Below, piece by piece: positions 1 through 12,000 of a stretch of DNA of 64,000 nt. The notes under the pieces are model-generated. The model made no database searches and had not been told where the DNA came from. It worked only from the letters and a program-made list of their open reading frames with translations. This DNA comes from Cyanophora paradoxa CCMP329 (taxonomy: Eukaryota > Plantae > Glaucophyta). Every line of letters starts with the position of its first letter. Position 1 is the stretch's first letter. The position numbers and the translations under genes are program-made. Location of the stretch: positions 62,001 to 126,000 of the forward strand of contig QPMI01000166.1 in the NCBI GenBank assembly GCA_004431415.1, written 5' to 3'.

Positions 1-3000
1 TCCCAAGGCGAGCTCCCCGCTCTGCGCCGGCCGCGTCAGCCTGACCCTCGCGGCACCGCAGGAAGTGCAACGCGCCCATCGACGCGGAGCCGCAGGGGTG
101 AGGGCACCGATCCGCGTCGCACTGCGCGTGCGCGCCTGACTCGGCGGCAGCTTCATCGCGGTGTTCTCCCACGCGGAGGCGCCACGGATGGTCTTCTTCG
201 GCGGCGACGTCGCAGACCGCTTCGACTTCACGTTGGAGCTGCAGGACGTCGTCGCCGGCGGCGAGCTCTCCGTCAGGCGCTCCACGGACGCCGGCGGCCC
301 CCGCGTCGGCAACTCGCTCCAGATCGCCGTCGCCGGTGCGCGGCGCCCCCGCCGGCCCCCGCGCCCTCCGACCACGCAGGCGCCCACCGCTCCGCGCAGG
401 CGTTCCGGACGAGACGTCGTCCCTGGACTGCGGCTCGTCCGTGCGCCAGCGGAACGGGATCTTCACCTGCAGTGCGCACCCGCCCCGCCTCCAGAAGCGC
501 CGTCGCCGGCGCGGGCCAACACGGCCGCGCAGCCTACTATCCGCGCTTGTGCGGCAAGTCAGTGTCGGTGGCGCTCTCGTCGCTGGTCCTGAGCCCGGAG
601 AACGGCCAGGTGACGCTGACCGCGGAGGGGGAGCTGTCGGACCCGCAGCGCGGCGTCCCCTTCATCTTCTCCCCCGGCAGCGACTCCGGGCCGGCGAGCC
701 TCTCCGTGATGGCTGGCGACGTCGAGACGCGGGCCGAGTTCACTTTCGTGGGTGCGCCCTTGCGCCGGGCCGGCCGGCCGGTTTCTGCCCGCTGAGTGGG
801 CGCGCCCTCGCGCAGCTCGCCCCGCCGCCGCGACGATCGACTGCCGCGGGATGCTGGCCGTGCCGGGCGCGCCGCTCTCCTGCTCGGTCTCCTTCTTCCA
901 GGACGAGGCCAGGACGCAGCCGGTCTACGTCGCCGCCCCGGGCGCCGACGGGCCCCTGCCAGTGGACATCATCGCGAGCGGCGGCTCGCTGGCGGCGTCG
1001 TTCCCCGACGCCTTCCGGAGCGCCAGCTTCCAGTTCACTGGCGCGGTGGAATCGGTCGGCTACTTGATCGAGGTCTACAACGACCAGGGCCAGCTGCTCG
1101 GATCCCTCCAGATCCCCCGCGGCTCGGCGCCGCCCCCGCTGTCCGCCCAGCCCAGCCCGCTCCACTTCGGCGACGTCTTCCGCGGCTTCCCCGCCGTCCG
1201 GGTACGGCCGCGCCCGGCCCCTTGACCCCGATGCGTGGCCTGAAGCCCTGCCCGCGCAGTCGCTGAACGTGACCAACACGGGCTCATCGGTCGCGACGTA
1301 CAACCTCACCATCAGCTGGGCCGTGGTCGTCCCGTACGGCGCGGTCTCCGTCGAGTTCAACCCCAAGAGCATCACCCTCGGCCCCTCCGATCAGATCGAG
1401 GTCTCCGTCGTCCTCGTCGCCTTGGAAGGCACCCCCGCTGAGCCCTTCTCGCTACTCGCGTCCGTCTACGCGATGCCCCTCGACGGGATGAGCCCGCTGT
1501 TCGTCTCCTCCATAGACGCGACCCTGCGGCAGGCTGTGTCTCTGCGGGACCCGCGCGCCATCGAGACGGCCATCTTCCGTCCCGTCGCCCTCACCGCCCA
1601 GATCGGTCGCCTGCACAACGAGCTGCCGAACCCCCTCGAGCTCGACGTCGCCGGCCTGCCTCCGGGCGTCAGCGTGAACCCGCCGCCGCCGGCGACCCTC
1701 GCAGCCGGCGCCTCCTGGGACGTCAACATCACTTTCGACTCGTCGGCGATGCTCCAGGCAGGCCGCCCTGACAGCAAGCCCCTCGTCTACGTGCGCGGCT
1801 ACCAGGGCGACCCTCGCCGTGTCCTCTTCTTGTTCAATGTCTCGTCCATCAACGTCGAGCCGCGCACGCCCGCCGTGGAGCCGACGTACAACGACCTGCG
1901 CTTCATCTTCTCTAACGTGAATGCGACCAGCAAGATCTTCAACATTCGTGGCAACTTCCCCGCGTTCCCTCCAGTGGATCCCTCAAGCCAGCCGCTTGCC
2001 TTCTGGGCTCGCGATGTGCCACCCGGGATCAGCTTCAAGCCAGCTTCGGGCGATTTGCACCCCGGAGCTCCGCAGCCGCTGAATGTAACCATCGATCACA
2101 CGCACTTCAGCGCCAAAAGGGCGTACGAGATCCCCGTTAGCTTCGACGTCGGCGTCAAGAACCGCCCAACGTTCAATACTACGGTGGTGCTGCGCTTCGA
2201 GATGCGCGATCCTGACCAGATCCCGACGGACTGGTGGAAGCCGTGGGAGGGCGCGTCCCGACTGACGGCGGCGGACGCGGACGAGACGTCGGTCGTCTCG
2301 TGCGACAAGGCCGATGCGCTGCAGGCGGACAACGTGCACTGCGAGTTCCGGCCGCGATCGTGCGGGACGCCGTTCGCGGCGGAGGCGGCGGGCTTCGTGG
2401 TGGAGATCACGGACGGGAAGATGACGCGGCAGGTGTTCTTCACGGGCGACGTGCAGGAGGTGTTCGGCTTCTCGTTCGGCGCCGACGCGTTCAGCGGGGC
2501 GGTGGGCGTGCGGGTGCGGCACTCGACGGACGGCAGGCCTGTGGCGCGGACGGAGGTGTTCGTGTCCGGTGCGTGGATGGATGTAGGGTGCTTCGTTCAC
2601 GCAGTCGTTCTGAATTGGGGCTGCAGGGACGCCCGACGAGACGTCAGTTCTTGTGTGCCCCTCTGATTCGGTGCGGGTCGGAGAGAGCATGTCGTGCAGT
2701 GCGCTTCGCCCCACCCTTGCGAATGGCCCCGGACTGAGATGGCCGCGCAGCGCTTTCGACGCGCTCTTGCGGGCGCCCAGTTCCTAGCTCGGTGGACGCT
2801 CTGGTGGCTTTTTCCCTCGGAGGCTCAGCGATCGTATCGGCGAAGGCAGTCCCCTCACGCGACAGCTTTGATATCACCTTCGTGGCGGGCATGAAGAGCG
2901 TGCTGGGGAGCGTGGAGATCTTCGTGAACGATGTCCCTGTTGCCACGGCGAACATCGCTGTCCTCGGTCCGCGCTTCTTCAGTCGCGATTGTGGCAGCGC

Positions 3001-6000
3001 TCTGACTCCTCGCCGCGCGCAGACACTCCCGACGCGACATCGAATATCACCTGCGAACGAACGACTGTGCTGACGTATGGCAGCGTCACTTGTTCGGTGG
3101 AGCTACGGCGCGCCGGGGAGCCGGCGTTCGTCGCGGCCGGCTCGTGCAGCGTGGAGTGGCTGGCGGCAGTGTGAGCATGAGCACGCCGGCGGTGTGGTCG
3201 CACGGAGACGTGGTCCTCTTTGCGGGCGGCATGGAGCACGTCAGCCGGGCGGCTGTTATGTGCGACGGGGTCCAGAACGAGGTCGTTTTTGTTGACATCG
3301 GTGTCGTGAAGCCGGTGCCGATCATCACTCTTCCGGACGTCCCCGCGGAGGGATTGGTGTTCGATGCGTTCCGAGGCATCGCCATGGACCGGGTGCGTTC
3401 GATTGGCGGGCAGAGCGGATGGCCGCTGCTGAGCGGCGCGTTTGCTGCAGATGGTCACGATTAGAAACGATGGTCTTTCCGCCGTAAACTTCACCCTGGA
3501 CCTGACCAGCCTGACAGCGTTCGCGGACGGTCCGGAAGCCCCGTGGTTCACGGCGGCACCTGTGCAGGGCACCATCGCGCCGGGCGACAGCCAAGCCGTG
3601 CGAACGGATGTCTTTCTCATGGAAAGAGGTCAAACTGACGAATTGCCTCGTGCAGATCAAACTGACACTCTGGACGAGAAACACTTCGCGGCCTGTGGTC
3701 GAGCGGATGACGCAGGAGCTAAGGGTTCTAATTGACATGATTAACATCCCGGGCCGAGCGCTGTATCCGGAGGGGAGCCTGCAAACGACCGTGTTGAGGC
3801 CTCTCGCCAATGTAACGGCGTCGGTACGCCCGGCAGTCGCCGTGGACGGGCCGCTTCGTGCGTTGGGTTTTCGAAACAATTTACAGTGAGCTGCGGCTGA
3901 GTGGTTGGGCGCAGCGATCAACGCGAACATCTTCCGGCCTTTGAATGCGAGCCTCACGGGGGCTAGGCTGGTCAACCACATGCCCGAGAACATCACAGTC
4001 GACATCGAGGGCCTGCCGGCCTGGCTGCGCATTGTGATGCCGCCGCTCAACAAGCTCGTCCCGGGCCCGAACGACATCGTCATGGAGGTGGACAGCATGA
4101 GGCTGCCGGATGTTTGGGGTGTTGGACCGAGCAACGTCAACATCTACAAGCGGGAGGGCCGCGTGCTGTTGTCGACAGTGGCGGCCGGCCAGCTCGTGCA
4201 GGCCCAGGCGCTTGTTCCGGAGGTGACGCCACGCACCGCGAACCTGCGCTTCATCTACACCAACGTGAACGCGACGAACAAGACCCTCGCTGTGGGTGGC
4301 AACTACCCGAGCATGTGGCTCGCTCCTCCGGGAACGAAGCTCGCGTTCCGGGCTCGCCCGACCCCTGCAGGCATTCAACTGGAGCGGACGTCTGGATTGC
4401 TACCGATGGATTTGCTCGTCATGATTGACCACAAGTACTTCCAGAGCGTGGGGCAGCAGACGCGGACTCTCACCTTTGACGTGAACGTGGAGAACCAGCC
4501 TGTCGCCTACAGCTACGTGTCGACTGTGAACATCACGTTCGAGCTGCGGGAGCCGGACCAGATCCCGACGGACTGGTGGAAGCCGTGGGAGGGCGCGTCC
4601 CGACTGACGGCGGCGGACGCGGACGAGACGTCAGTCGTCTCGTGCGACAAGGCCGATGCGCTGCAGGCGGACAACGTGCACTGCGAGTTCCGGCCGCGGT
4701 CGTGCGGGACGCCGTTCGCGGCGGAGGCGGCGGGCTTCGTGGTGGAGATCACGGACGGGAAGATGACGCGGCAGGTGTTCTTCACGGGCGACGTGCAGGA
4801 GGTGTTCGGATTCTCGTTCGGCGCCGACGCGTTCAGCGGGGCGGTGGGCGTGCGGGTGCGGCACTCGACGGACGGCAGGCCTGTGGCGCGGACGGAGGTG
4901 TTCGTGTCCGGTGCGTGGATGGATGTAGGGTGCTTCGTTCACGCAGTCGTTCTGAACTGGGGCTGCAGGGACGCCCGACGAGACGTCAGTTCTTGTGTGC
5001 CCCTCTGATTCGGTGCGGGTCGGAGAGAGCATGTCGTGCAGTGCGCTTTGTCCCACCCTTGCGAATGGCCCCGGACTGAGATGGCCGCGCAGCGCTTTCG
5101 ACGCGCTCTTGCGGGCGCCCAGTTCCTAGCTCGGTGGACGCTCTGGTGGCTGACTCCCTCGGAGGCTCAGCGATCGTGTCGGCGAATGCAGTCCCCTCAC
5201 GCGACAGCTTTGATATCACCTTCGTGGCGGGCATGAAGAGCGTGCTGGGGAGCGTGGAGATCTTCGTGAACGATGTCCCTGTTGCCACGGCGAACATCGC
5301 TGTCCTCGGTCCGCGCTTCTTCAGTCGCGATTGTGGCAGCGCTCTGACTCCTCGCCGCGCGCAGACACTCCCGACGCGACATCGAATATCACCTGCGAAC
5401 GAACGACTGTGCTGACGTATGGCAGCGTCACTTGTTCGGTGGAGCTACGGCGCGCCGGGGAGCCGGCGTTCGTCGCGGCCGGCTCGTGCAGCGTGGAGTG
5501 GCTGGCGGGCAGTGTGAGCATGAGCACGCCGGCGGTGTGGTCGCACGGAGACGTGGTCCTCTTTGCGGGCGGCATGGAGCACGTCAGCCGGGCGGCTGTT
5601 ATGTGCGACGGGGTCCAGAACGAGGTCGTTTTTGTTGACATCGGTGTCGTGAAGCCGGTGCCGATCGTCACTCTTCCGGACGTCCCCGCGGAGGGATTGG
5701 TGTTCGATGCGTTCCGAGGCATCGCCATGGACCGGGTGCGTTCGATTGGCGGGCAGAGCGGATGGCCGCTGCTGAGCGGCGCGTTTGCTGCAGATGGTCA
5801 CGATCAGAAACGATGGTCTTTCCGCCGTAAACTTCACCCTGGACCTGACCAGCCTGACAGCGTTCGCGGACGGTCCGGAAGCCCCGTGGTTCACGGCGGC
5901 ACCTGTGCAGGGCACCATCGCGCCGGGCGACAGCCAAGCCGTGCGAACGGATGTCTTTCTCATGGAAAGAGGTCAAACTGACGAATTGCCTCGTGCAGAT

Positions 6001-9000
6001 CAAACTGACACTCTGGGCGATGAACACTTCGCGGCCTGTGGTCGAGCGGATGACGCAGGAGCTAAGGGTTCTAATTGACATGATTAACATCCCGGGCCGA
6101 GCGCTGTATCCGGAGGGGAGCCTGCAAACGACCGTGTTGAGGCCTCTCGCCAATGTAACGGCGTCGGTACGCCCGGCAGTCGCCGTGGACGGGCCGCTTC
6201 GTGCGTTGGGTTTTCGAAACAATTTACAGTGAGCTGCGGCTGAGTGGTTGGGCGCAGCGATCAACGCGAACATCTTCCGGCCTTTGAATGCGAGCCTCAC
6301 GGGGGCTAGGCTGGTCAACCACATGCCCGAGAACATCACAGTCGACATCGAGGGCCTGCCGGCCTGGCTGCGCATTGTGATGCCGCCGCTCAACAAGCTC
6401 GTCCCGGGCCCGAACGACATCGTCATGGAGGTGTACAGCATGAGGCTGCCGGATGTTTGGGGTGTTGGACCGAGCAATGTCAACATCTACAAGCGGGAGG
6501 GGCGCATGCTGTTGTCGACAGTGGCGGCCGGCCAGCTCGTGCAGGCCCAGGCGCTTGTTCCGGAGGTGACGCCACGCACCGCGAACCTGCGCTTCATCTA
6601 CACCAACGTGAACGCGACGAACAAGACCCTCGCTGTGGGTGGCAACTACCCGAGCATGTGGCTCGCTCCTACGGGAACGAAGCTCGCGTTCCGGGCTCGC
6701 CCGACCCCTGCAGGCATTCAACTGGAGCGGACGTCTGGATTGCTACCGATGGACTTGCTCGTCATGATTGACCACAAGTACTTCCAGAGCGTGGGGCAGC
6801 AGACGCGGACTCTCGCCTTCGACGTGAACGTGGAGAACCAGCCTGTCGCCTACAGCTACGTGTCGACTGTGAACATCACGTTCGAGCTGCGGGAGCCGGA
6901 CCAGATCCCGACGGACTGGTGGAAGCCGTGGGAGGGCGCGTCCCGACTGACGGCGGCGGACGCGGACGAGACGTCGGTCGTCTCGTGCGACAAGGCCGAT
7001 GCGCTGCAGGCGGACAACGTGCACTGCGAGTTCCGGCCGCGGTCGTGCGGGACGCCGTTCGCGGCGGAGGCGGCGGGATTCGTGGTGGAGATCACGGACG
7101 GGAAGATGACGCGGCAGGTGTTCTTCACGGGCGACGTGCAGGAGGTGTTCGGATTCTCGTTCGGCGCCGACGCGTTCAGCGGGGCGGTGGGCGTGCGGGT
7201 GCGGCACTCGACGGACGGCAGGCCTGTGGCGCGGACGGAGGTGTTCGTGTCCGGTGCGTGGATGGATGTAGGGTGCTTCGTTCACGCAGTCGTTCTGAAT
7301 TGGGGCTGCAGGGACGCCCGACGAGACGTCAGTTCTTGTGTGCCCCTCTGATTCGGTGCGGGTCGGAGAGAGCATGTCGTGCAGTGCGCTTCGCCCCACC
7401 CTTGCGAATGGCCCCGGACTGAGATGGCCGCGCAGCGCTTTCGACGCGCTCTTGCGGGCGCCCAGTTCCTAGCTCGGTGGACGCTCTGGTGGCTTTTTCC
7501 CTCGGAGGCTCAGCGATCGTGTCGGCGAATGCAGTCCCCTCACGCGACAGCTTTGATATCACCTTCGTGGCGGGCATGAAGAGCGTGCTGGGGAGCGTGG
7601 AGATCTTCGTGAACGATGTCCCTGTTGCCACGGCGAACATCGCTGTCCTCGGTCCGCGCTTCTTCAGTCGCGATTGTGGCAGCGCTCTGACTCCTCGCCG
7701 CGCGCAGACACTCCCGACGCGACATCGAATATCACCTGCGAACGAACGACTGTGCTGACGTATGGCAGCGTCACTTGTTCGGTGGAGCTACGGCGCGCCG
7801 GGGAGCCGGCGTTCGTCGCGGCCGGCTCGTGCAGCGTGGAGTGGCTGGCGGGCAGTGTGAGCATGAGCACGCCGGCGGTGTGGTCGCACGGAGACGTGGT
7901 CCTCTTTGCGGGCGGCATGGAGCACGTCAGCCGGGCGGCTGTTATGTGCGACGGGGTCCAGAACGAGGTCGTTTTTGTTGACATCGGTGTCGTGAAGCCG
8001 GTGCCGATCGTCACTCTTCCGGACGTCCCCACGGAGGGATTGGTGTTCGATGCGTTCCGAGGCATCGCCATGGACCGGGTGCGTTCGATTGGCGGGCAGA
8101 GCGGATGGCCGCTGCTGAGCGGCGCGTTTGCTGCAGATGGTCACGATCAGAAACGATGGTCTTTCCGCCGTAAACTTTACCCTGGACCTGACCAGCCTGA
8201 CAGCGTTCGCGGACGGTCCGGAAGCCCCGTGGTTCACGGCGGCACCTGTGCAGGGCACCATCGCGCCGGGCGACAGCCAAGCCGTGCGAACGGATGTCTT
8301 TCTCATGGAAAGAGGTCAAACTGACGAATTGCCTCGTGCAGATCAAACTGACACTCTGGGCGATGAACACTTCGCGGCCTGTGGTCGAGCGGATGACGCA
8401 GGAGCTAAGGGTTCTAATTGACATGATTAACATCCCGGGCCGAGCGCTGTATCCGGAGGGGAGCCTGCAAACGACCGTGTTGAGGCCTCTCGCCAATGTA
8501 ACGGCGTCGGTACGCCCGGCAGTCGCCGTGGACGGACCGCTTCGTGCGTTGGGTTTTCGAAACAATTTACAGTGAGCTGCGGCTGAGTGGTTGGGCGCAG
8601 CGATCAACGCGAACATCTTCCGGCCTTTGAATGCGAGCCTCACGGGGGCTAGGCTGGTCAACCACATGCCCGAGAACATCACAGTCGACATCGAGGGCCT
8701 GCCGGCCTGGCTGCGCATTGTGATGCCGCCGCTCAACAAGCTCGTCCCGGGCCCGAACGACATCGTCATGGAGGTGTACAGCATGAGGCTGCCGGATGTT
8801 TGGGGTGTTGGACCGAGCAATGTCAACATCTACAAGCGGGAGGGGCGCATGCTGTTGTCGACAGTGGCGGCCGGCCAGCTCGTGCAGGCCCAGGCGCTTG
8901 TTCCGGAGGTGACGCCACGCACCGCGAACCTGCGCTTCATCTACACCAACGTGAACGCGACGAACAAGACCCTCGCTGTGGGTGGCAACTACCCGAGCAT

Positions 9001-12000
9001 GTGGCTCGCTCCTCCGGGAACGAAGCTCGCGTTCCGGGCTCGCCCGACCCCTGCAGGCATTCAACTGGAGCGGACGTCTGGATTGCTACCGATGGATTTG
9101 CTCGTCATGATTGACCACAAGTACTTCCAGAGCGTGGGGCAGCAGACGCGGACTCTCGCCTTTGACGTGAACGTGGAGAACCAGCCTGTCGCCTTCAGCT
9201 ACGTGTCGACTGTGAACATCACGTTCGAGCTGCGGGAGCCGGACCAGATCCCGACGGACTGGTGGAAGCCGTGGGAGAGCGCGTCCCGACTGACGGCGGC
9301 GGACGCGGACGAGACGTCGGTCGTCTCGTGCGACAAGGCCGATGCGCTGCAGGCGGACAACGTGCACTGCGAGTTCCGGCCGCGGTCGTGCGGGACGCCG
9401 TTCGCGGCGGAGGCGGCGGGCTTCGTGGTGGAGATCACGGACGGGAAGATGACGCGGCAGGTGTTCTTCACGGGCGACGTGCAGGAGGTGTTCGGATTCT
9501 CGTTCGGCGCCGACGCGTTCAGCGGGGCGGTGGGCGTGCGGGTGCGGCACTCGACGGACGGCAGGCCTGTGGCGCGGACGGAGGTGTTCGTGTCCGGTGC
9601 GTGGATGGATGTAGGGTGCTTCGTTCACGCAGTCGTTCTGATTTGGGGCTGCAGGGACGCCCGACGAGACGTCGGTTCTTGGGTGCCCATCTCTTCTCCT
9701 GCCTGTGTACGATTCTGTGGACTGTGGTTCGTTTTTTTAGCCTCGAAGTTTTCTGTCTCTGAGCATAAGTGCGTGATTCAGTGTTCGAGGCGCGGTCGTG
9801 CGGGCGGCCCGTTGAATTGTCGGTGTCGGCACTTACCGTGCTCTCGTCGAGCGGGATGACTGTGTTGGAGAGAACTGCGAGCGGCGCGGTCCGTGTTCGG
9901 TTCACAGCGAGCGGCCACAGCGGCCCTGCGCGCATCGAAGTGCTGGTAGCGGATGCGTCTGTCGCGGCCACGGACATCGGAGTGACCGGTGTGATGAATC
10001 GGAAGACATTTCCGGCGTGTTTCTCATGCGTTGTCCGGCAGATGTCCCTGATCACGCGACCCTGAACTGCGGCGGACGCGATGCGATGCAAACAAACACG
10101 CAGCTCAGTTGCTCCCTCGATCTCCTCAAAAGCGGGCTTCCCGTGCATGTCTCGTCGACGGCGTGCAGCGTGGAGTGGTCGCTGGGCGCAATTAGCATGA
10201 CTTCGGGAGCACTCTGGTCCCGATCCGACGTGGAGTTGCGTGCGGGCCCTCTTGCTGGCATCAGCGCGCCTCAGTTGTTCTGCGAGGGCGCATCGAACCC
10301 GATTCCCCTGTCGCCAATTAATGTTCGGGCTCCTGTTGCACCTGCCCTGGAGAGCGAGTCCCTCGGTTTCAATGCTCGACTTTTCATTGGGGTGCCGCTC
10401 ACTTGGGTGCGTGCTCTGAGTGTGCTGCATAGCTGTTCTTCATGTAACTGTTTTTCGTTTCTTCTTGTAGTCGTTCAATCTCAGGAATATGGACGACTTC
10501 TTCGCGTCGGATTTCGCGATCGAGTCTCGCGTGCCCCTCCTAGATGGCATCAACGTGACGACGATGCTTGCGCCGTCTCACGGATCTCTTTCGCCCTCTG
10601 GAGTGGTCAAGGTGCGCCACAATGAACACTGCAGCGGCATCCGTTGCGGTCGCCTGACGCTGAATCCCTAGGTCAATGTCACGATGCTGGCGACGGGCAG
10701 GAATTTCTCGGCGCACAGTCTTCATTTCGGGATTGTCGCTCAGAGCGCCTTTTCTGGCAATTCGTCAATCACGGCGTCGTTTACCGTCCTTAGCGTCATG
10801 TCCACCGTGGAAGCCGCTGTCCGTCTCGAGCAGGACGGTGCGCCCAGATTTTGCTCGGGGCATTTCCGACCCTGACCTCGCACCGCGGGTGCAGCTCGCA
10901 TTTCTGTTAGCGTGTTCCGGCCCTTCAACGCCACTTTCGAGGACGTGATCGCCCTTGTGAACGCCATGCCCGATGCGCCACTTCCGGCGCTTGACCTGGT
11001 CGGCGTGCCGCACTTCCTCCACGTTGAACAGCGCCCGAGGGCTATGGCGGCACCTGGCTCCGTCAACTTGTCTATGATCTTCGAGACAAGCAAGATTCGT
11101 GATGCCGCCTCCGGGTTTTCGGCAAGCCCAGTCGAGGTGTACCGCCGTGGCGGCCATGGCTTGGAGAACCTCCTGTTTGTCATCCAGGAGCCGATTTTCG
11201 ACGTGAGCGCGATCGACCCCGCCGTTCTGCCCGCAGTAGCGGACCTGCGCTTTATCTACACGAACGTAAACGCGACGAACAAGACGCTCTCGCTCAGCGG
11301 GAGCTACCCCGCGGCAGGGATGCGCCCGTTGTTCCCGTCTGGCACGCAGCTGGAATTCCGGGCTCGCCCTGCACCGGCAGGCGTGCAGCTTCTTCCTTCT
11401 TCGGGCGTCCTGCCGATGGACATCCTTGTTATGATCGACCACAACGTCTTCAAGAACAAGGAGAGGTATACACGCATGCTGACGTTCGACGTCGGAGTGA
11501 CCGGCGAGCCTCTCTCATTTGTTTCGACTGTGAACATCACGTTCGAGCTGCGCGACGAGGACGAGGTGCCGCCGGACTGGTGGAAGCCGTGGGAGGGCGC
11601 GTCCCGCCGGACTGCAGTAGACGCGGACGAGACGTCGGTCGTCTCGTGCGACAAGGCCGATGCGCTGCAGGCGGACAACGTGCACTGCGAGTTCCGGCCG
11701 CGGTCGTGCGCGACGCCGTTCGCGGCGGAGGCGGCGGGCTTCGTGGTGGAGATCACGGACGGGAAGATGACGCGGCAGGTGTTCTTCACGGGCGACGTGC
11801 AGGAGGTGTTCGACTTCTCGTTCGGCGCCGACGCGTTCAGCGGGGCGGTGGGCGTGCGGGTGCGGCACTCGACGGACGGCAGGCCTGTGGCGCGGACGGA
11901 GGTGTTCGTGTCCGGTCCGTTTGCGAACGAGAATTCTTGGTGTCGCCCGCATGCCCTGATGCTCTGAGCAGCGGTTCCGGATGCGACGTCTGCGCTTGTT

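Noticed and set aside
1269-11967. ORFs 1269-2666, 3905-5008, 6248-7351, 8591-9859 and 10912-11967 as separate tandem paralogous genes
   Set aside because: Their starts and stops fall inside introns (e.g. donor GTGCGT after VFVS), and splicing links them continuously.
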